Shown: piece after piece, positions 42,243 to 55,668 of the stretch
Layout of the letters: every line of letters starts with the position of its first letter
Numbering within the stretch: position 1 is the first letter of the stretch
Source: the human T2T-CHM13v2.0 reference genome, Homo sapiens
Direction: 5' to 3' (one strand)
Assembly (NCBI RefSeq): GCF_009914755.1
Contig: NC_060932.1
Length of the DNA: 64,000 nucleotides
The notes under the pieces: model-generated
What the model was told of the DNA's origin: nothing
The model's input: the letters and a program-made list of their open reading frames with translations, nothing else
Databases searched by the model: none
Translations under genes and position numbers: made by a program

Positions 42243-42803
42243 ATAGGAACCGCAACTTCCAAATATCCATTAGTATGCCACAGCAAATCAAAAAGATTTA
42301 CTTGTTTCAGGACTTGGTTGGAGCAGCCTCCTTGCATCATCCATTATGCCTGCCTCTGTCTCCATCTTAGTTTCACTTGACAAGTGTTTATGGAACACCC
42401 TCTGTGTCCCTGTGTCAGTGCTAGGCATTATGAGAACACCTCAGATGAATAAAACTTGGTTCTGGCTTCAAAGAGCAAGAGGCCTAGTAAGAGAGACAAT
42501 CCTGGAAAGAAGCAATCTAATCCAGTCTAGCAATAGAGAGGTATGTTTTTGTAACTGCTTATAGTGCAATGAGTAGTAGCTTGATTGCATGGGAAAGGCA
42601 ATCAACTTGAAGTTAAGGAGATCAGATTCTGTGTTCCATCATATCTCAATGCCTGATGTCTATTTAGGGAAAATCACTAATGTCTCTGTTTCTGTTTCTT
42701 TTTCTCTACAATGAGAATGATCATGCCTACCTTTCCCCTTCCCAGTGTTGTTTTGGGATCGAATGAAATGTATTGAAAGAGCCTTTAGAGAATGGATGGT
42801 CTC

Positions 42804-43982
42804 TAATGATGGTTAATTTTATGTGTCAACTTGCCTAGGTTATGGAATATCCACAGAAACATTATTTCTGGGCGTGTGGATAAGCGTGTTTTCAGAAGAG
42901 ATTAGCATTTGAATTGTGGACTCAGTAAAGAAAATTGCCCTACCCAATGTCAGTGGGCATCATCCAATCCCTGAGGGCAGGAATAGAACAAAAGGCAGAG
43001 GAAGAAGGAATTTGACTCTTTTTTCCTGCTTTGCTGCTTAAACTGGAACATCATATTTCATCTCCTCCCTTCAGACTTGAATTTACACTATCAGTTCCTC
43101 TGGTTTTCAGGCCTTTTGACTCCAACTGAACTACACCACCAGCTTTCCTATGTCTCCAGCTTGCAGATGGCAATCATGGGACTTCTAAGCCTCCATAATC
43201 ACATGAGTCAATTCCTCATACTAAATTATCTACCTAGATGGAGAGATGGGTAGATGATAGACTAGACAGATAGATGATAGAATAGATACAGATGATATAG
43301 ATACAGATATATAGAGAGTCATTAGTTGCTTAACACCAGGGATACATTCTGAGAAATGTGAACATCATGGAGTGTACTTCTACAAACCTAAATGGCATAG
43401 CCTGTCACTCAACTAGGCTATATGGTCTAGCCTATTGCTCCAAACTTACAAATTTGTACAGCATATACCTATACTGAATATTGTTGGCAATTATAACATA
43501 ATATTAAGTACTTGTATATCTAAATCTCCCTAAACATAGAAAAGACACAGTAAAAATATAATTTTAAAGATTAAAAAATGATGTGCTTTCACTTACCATG
43601 AAGGGATCTTGCAGGACTGAAGTGGCTCTGAGTGAGTCAGTGAGTTGTGAGTGAATATGAAGGCCTTGGATATTACAGTACACTTTTATGTGATTGTGGG
43701 GCAGTAGGCATGTTTACATCAGCATCACCACAAACAAGTAAGTAATGCATTGCACTAAGACATTATGACAGTAACAATATCACCAAGTGATAGGAATTTT
43801 CCAGTTCTATTATAATCTTATAGGACCACTGTCATAGATGCAGAATATTGTTGGCCAAAACGTTGTTGTGCAGTGCATGACTGTAGATATAGATATATAG
43901 ATATAGTTGTAGCTGTAGATATAGATATATAGGTTTCCTATTGGTTCTGTTTCTCTATAGAATACAATGACTGACTAATACA
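42804..43982 (+). mobile_element. MLT2-family (HERV-L) solo LTR, interrupted by Tigger3
   Basis: gatggttaattttatgtgtcaacttg, gagattagcatttgaat, tcctattggttctgtttctct...gactaataca. Confidence 0.88.
43316..43883 (+). mobile_element. Tigger3b-like DNA transposon with both ends
   Basis: agtcattagttgcttaacaccagggatacattctgagaaatg ... aaacgttgttgtgcagtgcatgactg|ta. Confidence 0.88.
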
Positions 43983-44018
43983 ATGGTGTTTCATAGGTCT
44001 GATAGCTAATAACAATAC

Positions 44019-44606
44019 TGGTGAGCTACGGGAGGTCCCCAAACGCCTGTGGGAACTTGACCTAGGCTGGTGTTCCAGTTCTTGACACTATTGTGAGAAA
44101 GAATTCAAAGACAAGTCAGAGGAAAGTGAAAGTGTGGATATTTATTGCAAACTGCAAGTACACACTCAAGAAAAGGGAGTGTGGGTGTACTCAAGAAAGT
44201 GAGTTGCATCCAATAGAGTCTGAGGCTTCTACCTTTATGGGTTTCTTTAACCAAGGGGTGGAATATTCACGAAGATTTCTGGAAAAAGTTGAAGATACCT
44301 TGGAACTGAGGTGTCACCCATTTTTACACCAAATATGGATGTTTCTGGAACTGTTATGGCACTGGAGGATGTGTGATTTAGTATGTTAATAAGCAGATAT
44401 TAAGTCCTAGGTAAAACCTAGGTCAAATCCAGCACCATGTTGAGTCCAGTTGGTCATAGTCAGCTTGGTCTATATCTTGTTTTTCAGGGTCTTATCAGCC
44501 TTTAGCTTATGCAGCTGTTTCAACAGTTTCCTTTCTGTTAGTCACATGAAACTGCTGCCTGGAATTCTCTATTCTCCTACAACCACCCTGTATTATTCCT
44601 GTCTCA
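44019..44606 (-). mobile_element. ERV1 solo LTR (LTR29-like; subfamily uncertain)
   Basis: Reverse complement begins tgagacaggaataatacagggtgg..ttccaggcagcagtttcatgtgac; AATAAA in LTR orientation; TG...CA ends; flanks atac/ataa. Confidence 0.8.
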
Positions 44607-45214
44607 ATAAGAGCTAACATTAATTAAGCAGTCTGTGCCAAGCACTGTGTTAAGTAATGTAAACCTTTTTTAAATCCTCATGCTATTAATGTCTCACTTT
44701 GGGTAGATAGGAAAACTTATCTACTCAGGAACATGCCTCAGATGACACACTCACTCCTCACCACTCTGTGACAATGTTAATTCTCCAACATTTACAATCT
44801 CAGTGACTTTAAACTACTCCTTTAACCCCTTGGATCCAAATTTTCTCATAAGTAAAACAAATATGATCTCAAACAAATTTCTTAGGCCAAATACTATTAA
44901 ATGCTGCAGTAGAAATAAAAGCTGTTTGGGGAGCACAAAGGAGGAAAAATCATTAATACATTATAGTCAGGAGTTTGTCATTGTGATATGCAACCCAAGT
45001 CATTACCCAACTTTTTGGTGTGCTTGCTTTGTCAGCTTATCCTTCTGTGTTTTTATTAACACTGTTAGTCCTACTGACAACTATTCCCTAGACTCATAAA
45101 TGTTTGTCAAGTTTTTTGAATGGATAAATGAATCTTGTCTGATAACCTGGGACAATTTTGGTCTTCTTTTTTCTTCTGATTACTTCGTAACATTCCCAGA
45201 CTTTTGGACAAAGT

Positions 45215-45575
45215 TGCTGCCGTTTGAATGTGTCCCCAAAAAGCATGTGTTTGTAACTTAATCCCCAAAGCAACAGTGTTGAAAGGTGGGGCCCAATGGG
45301 AGGTGCTTAGGTCATGGAGGCTCCACCCTCATTAATGGATTAATACTGATCATAAAAGGGCTTGAGGCTATGAGTTCAATCTCCTGCTTGTTCTCACTCT
45401 CCTGCTCTTTCACCTTCCACACTGAGACGATGCCTTATGAAGGTCCTTGCCAGATGCCAGCACCATGTTCTTGGACCACCCAGCCTCCAGTACTGTGAGC
45501 CAAATAAGTTTCTGTTCATTGTATATTACCCAGCCTCAGGCGTTCTGTTATAGCAGCACAAAACAGACTAAGACA
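45215..45575 (+). mobile_element. MaLR solo LTR, MSTC/D-like
   Basis: tgctgccgtttgaatgtgtcccc...gttatagcagcacaaaacagactaagaca. Confidence 0.88.
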
Positions 45576-45939
45576 CAAGCCAAATCCCCTGTTATATATA
45601 CCCATAACTTCTCTTGTACATTATTGTGATTGCCTGTAGAAGTCTGTTTTCTCCAGCAGATTTTAAGCTCACATCTGTTTTATTTACCACTGTGTCTCCA
45701 ATGCCTATCTCATAGCAGGTTATCATTAAATATTTAAAAAACAATAAATGACTGCATATATTTTCTAAAGCCTGTCTTTTTAATGACCTAGGTTTTGGCC
45801 ATCCGAAAATAAATTTTACAACTAAAACCCTTACTGACCTGATATTGCTGCTCTGTTTAAGATAAAACAGCGTGCTTGAATTCAATATTTGTAAATATCA
45901 AAAGATGACATATGCACTATCCTTGCTAAATAAAATTCA

Positions 45940-46343
45940 TGTGAGGCCATGATTTTGGACTAAACTCCTGCACTAGGCCCCAACAGACCAGGCCAAACAA
46001 GAATGAGTGATGAAACTGAACTTTGAAACAGGCGAGTTTTCCAGAAAAGAAGAGATTCACAGCCACCAATCAGAAGGGGCCCAGTTTACCCAAGCCAGCA
46101 CGCAATGAAAGTTCCCTCTGTTTTAACCATATAAGGAAAGTAGCTTTGAAGGGACCAATCTGCTTTTTGTTCCCTGTTTCTGCTTTCTTCAGTACTTTTC
46201 TGCCTTTAAAGCCAATCTCTTAGGCTCAGTGCAGTGGAACACCCATTCTATTTTATAGAAAGAAATGTTGCCTGATCTCAAATCACAAATAAAAGCCAAT
46301 TAGATCTTTGAACTAAATTTGTTTGTAAGTTTGCTTTTCAACA
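45940..46343 (+). mobile_element. ERV1 (MER4-group) solo LTR, subfamily uncertain
   Basis: ggactaaactcctgcactaggccccaacagacc; CCAAT motifs; aaataaaagccaattagatctttgaactaaatttg...ttttcaaca. Confidence 0.75.
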
Positions 46344-46412
46344 TGGTTTTAAGATATGTTTTCATAAAAAAATAGAGATGCACGCACAAGCATAAAACTG
46401 AGATAAGGATGG

Positions 46413-46840
46413 TGTCTTTGTTTTGTATTGCTATAAAGGCTGGTAATTTATTAAGGAAAAATGTTTATTTGGCTCACAGTTTTGATGGCTGGAACATTCA
46501 CAATTAGGAATCTGAATCTGGTGAGGATCTCAGGCAGCTTCCACTCATGGCAAAAGGTGAAGGACAGCCAGCTGTCCAGAGATCACACAGTGAGAAAAGA
46601 AGCAAGAGAGATAAGAGATACGGGGGAGAGGTGCCAGGCTTTCTTTAATAACAGCTTTCTTGGGAACTACTAGAGAGAGAATTCACTCATGCCCCCACTC
46701 CAGGGAAGGCATTAATCTATTTATGAGGGATCCACCCTCATGACCCAAACAACTCCCATTTGGCCCCACCTCCAACACTGGAGATCAAATTTCAACATAC
46801 AATTTGGTGGGGACAAACAAACCATATTCAAACTATAGCA
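46413..46840 (-). mobile_element. MaLR solo LTR, MSTB-like
   Basis: gagggatccaccctcatgacccaaac, ggccccacctccaacactgg; perfect 5-bp TSD gatgg. Confidence 0.9.
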
Positions 46841-47194
46841 GATGGTTTCTAAAAACTGCCTCAAAGTTGCATCCTAACGATGAATCATATTTAGTCCAAC
46901 CATCTACAGATTCTATTTCAATATCTTGGTCCTAGATACTCTGAGAAACACTACTAGAATCTAAAATATGAAAGAGAATAAATGAAATACAGTTTTGCTT
47001 TCTAATGCAGGAGAGAGAAAGAGACATTTCAGAAAGATTTCTAAATGTTTTCATCTTTTCAGTTTACCTTTGAGTTAAGCAGAATGAATCTGAACATACT
47101 TCAGGTAATTCCCAAGCTTGATGCTTTTCAAGCCAAATAGCATTAAACATTTGAATCATAAAACCAGCTTCCCTTTATCTCATTCCTTGCCTAC

Positions 47195-47610
47195 TGTATC
47201 ATTCAAGGTTCAACTAGGAAAACAAAAAACATTACCAGGTATTTAAAATACAAGAAATGCAATGCAGGAATTGGTCACACAGCTGGAATTGCTAGAAGTC
47301 AAGGAGGAGTTAGGAGGCAACCCCAAGGATTTGCAACTGCAAGGAACCACGGACACCTCTGGGCTAAAGGGAAGAGGGAGTATTACTGGACCCTCATGGC
47401 TAGGGCACTTGATGGAAGCTAGAACCAGGCAGGAGACTCAGCCAACACCAAAGAAGCCACCTGACCCAGAGACAGATTATGAAACACACTCTATTTTTTT
47501 GTCCTCCTGTCTTAATCTAAGGAGCACAGATTCCAGGAGTCAGCTCCCCTGCCACAGAGAGAAGACGTAGAGAAAAGCAAGTAACCAACATGAGAGCAAA
47601 CAGGCCCAGC
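47195..47610 (-). mobile_element. Ancient ERVL-type LTR (LTR33-related)
   Basis: tgtatcattcaaggttcaactaggaaaac...ctgggctaaagggaagagggag..ttactgga. Confidence 0.45.
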
Positions 47611-49674
47611 ACCTATCAGCACTTACCTTATTGATTCGGGAAACTATATAGATAAGCAGATCATCAGTAGGCTGATGATATAGTTTCCTGAGTCAATAAG
47701 GCAAATATCTGATCATTTTGATAGCTGATTCTCATTAAGGATTAATAAATTGACATTCTGATTTAAAATATTTTGTTGTTGGTAAGAAATCTCTTCTAAA
47801 GCTGTTGTTCTTAAGTTCTATTATTTTATATTCATTTCATATTTAAAGTTTCTGTTTCAAAAGATAACAGTAACCTATACATTTTTGTGAAAGACATGTC
47901 ATTTTTTAAAAAAATCCATTCAGTATTAAGGATTATTCACAATAATAGGTAAAAGCTAAAGAACTTGGTATTTCTTGCCAGTTTGCTCATTCAAAGTGGG
48001 AAGTGTGAGTAAAGCTAAGATCTAAGGAAAAAAATAAACAAAGAAGATGCATAATAATATTCAAAGGACTAGAATGCTGCTAAATTTTCTGACAAATTTT
48101 TTGTGCCAAGTAATAATCATTTTGGAAAACAAAAACCTTTCTTAAGGCATGCCTAAAATCACTGTTGTCAAAAAAGTCTCACAGGAATTTAAATCACTTG
48201 TTTATTCAGAAAACACATCTTGGAATGTACAACATGCACCAGATCAGCCCAGCTCACATTAAATATTCATTTTGATTGACTACTTCAATCACTCTACTAT
48301 AAATCCCTGACTTGCTCATGGCCATATTTCTTTGTTCTATGACCTCATGAGATCATATAAGTAAAATAACTGCCAAGTGTAGCCATCATTGTTTGAATAG
48401 AGTCTTCTCGACTTCTGGTAAGTCATGGTACAAGGACTTGTTTCTAAAGGGTGTGTGAGTCAACTTTCTGTAATTTCAGTGCTTTGTCCTTTCCCACTAC
48501 AGCTGATATTTCCAATCTCAAGGTTCATTTTCTTTTTAAATCACCAGAGTTTAGATCGTCATTAAAATCACCAGGAAGCCAGTTTAGACACTCCCACTTT
48601 TAATTCTGCGGAAGCAGGCTGCCTTGTGAGGTGTGTGGAATCAGAGTCTTAAACCACTAATGCCCATTAAGAATCCTCTGGCAATTTTCTCATGATTAGG
48701 AATGGCCATAGAACTGGGGAAATTGCATTCTTACTCCCTCTACCACCTCTGCAATTTTAAATGTGTTAGATCTTTTCTGCTTTTCCTACTCTAAAAAGGT
48801 AAATTAAGTAGTTCAGTTGTTCTGCCTGTATTTCTAACCAGGAGGACAGAGTTAGAAAGGAAAGAGTCTCATCTATTCAGCATAGTCCTTAGACATCGCC
48901 TGTCCCTAACTCGCCAAGCCAAGGAGCAATGTGTAACTCCTTAGGAATATTTAACCCACTTCCCTCAGAAATTTTGAATACCTAATGAGGTCAGGGACAA
49001 ATCAGCTTATTTCTAAAATGTCCAAAGATGCCCCCAATAATGCAGTTTTATTATTTAATGTACCTCTAAACAGAACCAAAGATGATAAATGGATGCCACA
49101 GAATGGGAAAGCAGTCAAGGTCAATGAAACGTCAACCTAGAGACAAGTTTTAAAATGCCAGTCAGCCCAGGTGAGGAAGAGAAAATAGAATTGGGAGGAA
49201 AAATAAAATTTTTTACCTAGAAGTTAATAAAGATGTGAAGTATTTATTTCTACTATCAGCTTCAGAACAATCACTAAAAATTTAAATAAAACTGCTGCCA
49301 TTTTCCTACTTTTGAAAAAGAACAAATGCGGACTTACTTTATGGTTGCTGTTTGATATCTTCATTGTGATATCAAGCAACGCTAAATTGCTTGAAACTAA
49401 GTAGTTTTAGAAAAGTCAAAAAGCAAGGTATAAAACTGAGAAAAATTTCAGCTCTCATACTTTTGTTTATATTTTATGCTACCTGAAATGTCATTTACCA
49501 GCAATACCTTGCCCTAAATTTTCAATTAGAAATGGCCCAAATTGCATCATCTTATAATTTTTTTCTTATTTTAAATGTCAAATCTTCTCAATATTTTCTG
49601 ACTTCGCTATACATAATATAACATAACTATAGCCCTATACACATGCCATTTTTAAATATTGTGATAATGCCATC

Positions 49675-50049
49675 TGCCGTGGTTTGAATGTGTACCTTGC
49701 AAAATTCAGGTGTTGCCAAGGTAATGCTATTAAGAAGTGGGGCTTTCGAGAGGGGATTAGGTCATGAGGGCTTCTCCATCATTAGTGATGTTAAGGCTCT
49801 TTTAGAAGAGGCTTTGTGCAGCCTTTGGTTAGGTGGCTAGCTTGCTCTTCCACTCTTCTGTCATGTGAGGGCCCAGAGTTCTCTCTTGCCCTTCTTTCCA
49901 CCATGTGAGGACCCAGCCAGAAACCCTAACCTGCCAGCACCTAAGTCTTAGATTTCTCAGCCCCTAGAACTGTGAGAAATGAATTTCTGGTCTTTATAAA
50001 CAGAATACCTCAGTTATTCTGTTATAGCTGTGCAAAATGGAATAAGACA
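49675..50049 (+). mobile_element. MaLR solo LTR, MSTD/MLT1A-like
   Basis: tgccgtggtttgaatgtg...tagaactgtgagaaatgaatttctgg...aataagaca; TSD ccatc/ccata. Confidence 0.85.
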
Positions 50050-50279
50050 CCATACTCTATATAAACCAAGCCACAGCAGAATGCAGAGTTATCTTTAATT
50101 GGTTGAAAGCTAAATGTGTATTTACTAAAGCTTCCACTTTTGCTGAGGATATAAAGCCACAAGACAACATTATTTCTATGCTAGAACCTGAACAAACTAA
50201 ATCATCTATAAGATTATAACTTTTCTTAAACCTATCAGATAGATGAGGTTGCAAGACCACAAAGGAAACCAAATTGCAG

Positions 50280-51120
50280 AGTGAAAAATGGCTCCTGCTT
50301 CAAGCCAAGGAGTAACAGATCCAGACTTACCCTCCCACCTGAAACAATTAAAATTACAAAATACAAATTTAAAAATACAAATAAAATTACAAAATACAAA
50401 GTTTCCTATACAAAATATATGAAATACTGTTTTTTAAACATCGGACAACAGGCAATGCAGGAGAAAGATCCAGGGGAGAAGGAAAACAGAGTGAGCCCTA
50501 CAACTGCTGCACCTACTGCCTGAAGACAGTTTCCAGGTCACAGTGCAGAGAGAAGGAAGCTGAGTGGAGCCCAGAATTCTCCCTGAGTTGGGAGTTCAGG
50601 TAGCTTGAGGTGGCTGGAGATTCTGGGGCAGAATCCAGATAGGAGGGAACTGTCCATAGAGAGAGTTCCAGAGATCTGCAGAAGGACCCTCCCAGTCTTT
50701 AGCTGAATACTAATCAGTGCATTCATGTGAGAAAAGAACTGAAGCCTGAAAAAGAAGCTCCTAAAAGGATTAGCGGAACCAATCCCCAGAGTTTATACTT
50801 AGGGTCAGGAATATCTGTGTTCCCACCAGCCAGTGTGGGATACTGGGTACAGCTCTCAGCAGGATACTGCCTTGGTGGCATGACAAAATTACCCCTAAAC
50901 TAAAGGCTACTCTGTTCTAGCCTAACAGAACTAGAAAGCTTAGAAAGCACCAAATTGTTTCCAGGTTAACTTAACTGCACTCAGAATACACTTTAAGACT
51001 ATATCTAGGAATAATCAACTAATTAATAAAATATCCAGCAGAAAAAAATACTTAAATAAATAATGGCTAAAATTTTCTTATATTTGATTAAAAATTTATA
51101 AACCCAAGACAAAAAAAAAA
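50280..51120 (+). mobile_element. Old L1M 5'/ORF1-region relic
   Basis: ggagtaacagatccagacttaccctcccacctgaaac, agttccagagatctgcagaagg, aatggctaaaattttc..ttataaacccaag. Confidence 0.6.
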
Positions 51121-51475
51121 AAGAAGAAAACATTAGTTGTTGTGATAGGCTGTTATCATTGGTATCCTGTGGTTGTCCTCTCCTGTTTAAGGGGTGACAA
51201 ACTCTTTTAGATGTTTTTCACAAACTTAATAAATAAAACTGAGCCCTGATGCCACATCAACAAAATACTGTTACTGAAATCACTACTATTTCTTAAGTGG
51301 CCAACCAATTTATGCTTACTCCCCACCCCACCTCACCACATGTGCACACATGCACACACACACACACACAAACAAAACACTAACCTAAACTCTCGAGCAC
51401 ATATAATGATAAAAATCCCTTTGTCCTGAACTTCCTGCTGGCCAGTCTAGGCAGAGTGTATGCAAAAGCCAATAC

Positions 51476-51609
51476 CTCCGGGTGCACCTCGATTAATGGC
51501 ATATTTGACCAGCTTGGATCTGGATAGAAGCCTGGCTGTGTCTATCCTCCAAGTAGGTCTGGTCATCATACTAGATGTCTTAGTCATACTCAGTCTCATC
51601 CACTGTTGC
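51476..51609 (-). other. Candidate exon, 134 nt (minus-strand transcript)
   Basis: Acceptor ctgttttgtttgtcttag|G, donor GAG|gtattg; open frame QQWMRLS...RGAPG; non-L1 island between L1 relics. Confidence 0.4.
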
Positions 51610-51980
51610 CTAAGACAAACAAAACAGATTTGGTTCAAGTACCTATTGTATTGGCATAGAGATAAGCAATCAGTGGAAACAAAGATAATCTAGAAAATAG
51701 ATCACACGTATCAATTGGTTTTTGACAAATGTAGCCAGGTATTTCAGTGGGAAAATGATCGTCTTTTCAATGAACTAGTGCCACCTATATGCCTCCAAAA
51801 AAGAACATTAACCTTCACCTTACGCCATTACAAAAATCAACTCAAATGTAAACCCTAATATTATAAATCTTCTAGAACTGAACATAATACATCATTGCAA
51901 TCTTTGGCTGGGTAAACATTTCTTAAGAAAGAAACAATAAAAACCATGAAAGAAAAAAATGATAAACTGAACTTTATTAG

Positions 51981-52291
<311 letters not shown>

Positions 52292-53811
52292 AAACTTCAT
52301 CAATTTTCTACTTTTCAGAAAATACTAAAGAAAGTAGAAAAGCCATAGTGTGGAAGAAAATATATGCAAAAAAAAAATCTCATAAAGGCCTAGGTCCAAC
52401 ATACATGAAGAATGCCTTCAAAACAATAATAAATGAACAATCTAATTTTTAAAGTATACAAAAGTTTAACAGCAGTTTACCAAAAAAGATATATATATAG
52501 AAAATAAGCACACAAAAACGATGCCATACTTAGCCATGTAGAGAAGTGTCTAAGTGCCACAGTGAATGCCTAAAATTTAAAATACTGACAGTAGCAAGTA
52601 CTGGGGAGGATGTGGAACAGCAAGGATTTTCAAACATTGCTAGTTAGAATGCAAATAGTATAGCCTTTTTGTAATATAATTTGTCACTTTCTAATAAAAT
52701 CAAATGTAAAATACAATGTGACTCAGAAATCCCACTGTCAAATGAAACATATCTTCACACAAAGACATGTACATGAATGTTTATAGTGACTTTACTCATA
52801 GCAGCCAAAAAGTGAAAGCAATCCAAATGTCCATCAACCACTGAGTGGGTAAACCAATTGTGGTATATCAATGTGATAGAATACTACTCAGCATTAAGAA
52901 AACTACTGATGAAACAACCACGTATGAATCTCCAGAACATTATACTAAGGGAAAGAAGACAGACGCAAAGGGCTACATGATATATGATTTCATTTACATG
53001 TCTTTCTGGAAAAGGTCATACTACAAGAACAAAAAGATCAGTGGTTCCCTGGACTGAGATTGAGAAAAGTTGATTGACCACAAAGCACACTTTGGAAATT
53101 TGAAGGTGGGTGGGGGGAGTTATTGTAATATTTTAAATCAAGACTATGGTGGAGGTGACATGATGGTGTACATTGTCCAACTTGTTAACAGTACACATAA
53201 ACAAGGTGAATTTTACCATTTGTCAATTATACTTCAATAACATAACCAATAAAAACCGATATTATGACCATACCCATTAGAATAGCTAAAACTAAAAAGG
53301 CAATACCAACTGTTGACAATGATGTGGAGTAATGGGAACTCTGACAAGTTGCTGGTGAGACTGTAAAACAGACAACCTCTTTTTCACAAATCGGTTGGCA
53401 GTTTTCCTTAAAAGTTAAAGATAAACCAACCATATTTACCCAAGATAAATAAAAACATATGTCCACAAGACTTGTACTCAAATATTCATAGCAGCTTTAT
53501 TCTTGGTAGCTGAAAACTGGAAACAACCTAGGTAGTATCTATCAACACATGCATGGATAAAGTAATTTAGTAAATCTATGCCATAGAGTACTATCAAGCA
53601 ATAAAAAGGGGCAAAAACACAGATATAACGTAACATGAAAAAATCTAAAAAAAAAATCATTAAGTTGAGTAAAAGAAGTCAGACATCGAGGAATACATAC
53701 TGTATTTTTTCCACCTATATAACATTCTAGAAAGTGCAAACCAATCTAGAGTGACAAAAATAGATCAGTGTTCTCCTGGGGTCAAGGTTGAAGGGAACGA
53801 TGGATTGCTAA

Positions 53812-54224
<413 letters not shown>

Positions 54225-54958
54225 AGAATTGTAGGTTTTAAGTAGATTTATTTTACATACATTATACCTGGATAGAAATGATTTTTAAGCCTAATTGTAA
54301 TAGGAGGCTTAAGTTAATGCGATTAACTCAAGGTCTCCCAAAATGTTTCTCAGCTTTGACCTTAATTAGATTTCTCTTTTCCTCAGTAGGAAAGATATTA
54401 CAGGATCAAATCCCAAAAAGCTGACAGACCAACAGTTACTTATGTAAAAGTTTCACTAAGAAAGAGCAGTAGGTCTTTATGAAAGCAGCAGGCACTTTGC
54501 AGACGCAGAAGAACAAAGGCAGCAGCAACATCTAGCAGCATATCCTTTACCATACTAGCAGCCTAGCAACTCTCAATGGCTCCAGAAACAACTGAAACAA
54601 CTTCTGACTCCCTGAGCTCCACATGGCTGAGCCCAGGAGAAGGTCACTGAAGCTGGGACAGTTCCACCCACTCACTCTTGATACAGGGTAGTCTCTCAAA
54701 CATCCAAACATGCCAGCCTAAAATTGTAGTAAGCTGCTATTTCACTTTGGAAGGGTCTAAATATAAGAACTTGCAAAGACAGAAACTTGTCTTCTAATAT
54801 ACCCAGTAAATCAAGTCAATTCCTACACATTTCCTGGGACATCACAAATTTGCCATATTTCATGCTCAAATTAACTAATTTTTATATTCTAAATGAGAGA
54901 CTGCAAAAGAAAATTTCACTCAGATGTGTCCTAAAAGTTCTCTGGCTTTTTTTTTTTA

Positions 54959-55181
54959 ACTTATGAACACAAAGAAGGAAATAACAGCCACTGGGATGTA
55001 CTTGAGGGTGGAGGGTGAGAGGAGGGAGAGGAGCAGAAAAGATGACTACTGGGTACTGAGCTTAATATCTGGGTGAAGAAATACCATGTACAACAAACCC
55101 CCATGACACGTGTTTACCTATGTAACAAACTTTCACGTGTATCCTCAAACCTAATATAAAAATTTTAAAAATAAAATAAAT
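54959..55181 (+). mobile_element. L1PA (PA13-15-like) 3' end
   Basis: gagggtggagggtgagaggagggagaggagcagaaaag...ttacctatgtaacaaac..., A-rich tail. Confidence 0.88.
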
Positions 55182-55656
55182 TTTAAGTTCAGGAGTACAA
55201 GTGCGTATGGAATACTATGGAGCCATAAAAAGAATGAGAAAATATATATATGTACCACATTTTTCTTTATCCAGCCTATCACTGATGTACATTTAGGTTG
55301 CTTCCATGCCTTTGCTAGTGTGAATAATGCTGCAATGAGCATACACATGCATATGTTTTTTTAATATTAAGATTTATATTTCTCTGTGTATATACCCAGT
55401 AATGGAATTGCTGGGTCAAATGGTAGTTCTCTCTTTAGGTTTTGAGGAATGGTCACACTGTCTTCCACAATGGTTGAACTAATTTACACTCCCATCAACA
55501 GTGTAAAAGCATGTCTTTTCCTCTACAACCTTATCAGCGTCGGTTGTTTCTGGACTTCTTAATAATAGTCATTCTGACTGGCATGAGATGGTATCTCATG
55601 GTGGTTTTGATTTGCATTTCTCTAATGATCAGTGATATTGAACTTTTTTCATATGC
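55182..55656 (-). mobile_element. L1PA 3' fragment with internal deletion and micro-inversion
   Basis: ttttaagttcaggagtac start; tgtaccacattttctttatccag; ttccacaatggttgaactaatttacactccc. Confidence 0.85.
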
Positions 55657-55668
55657 ATATCAAAAAAT

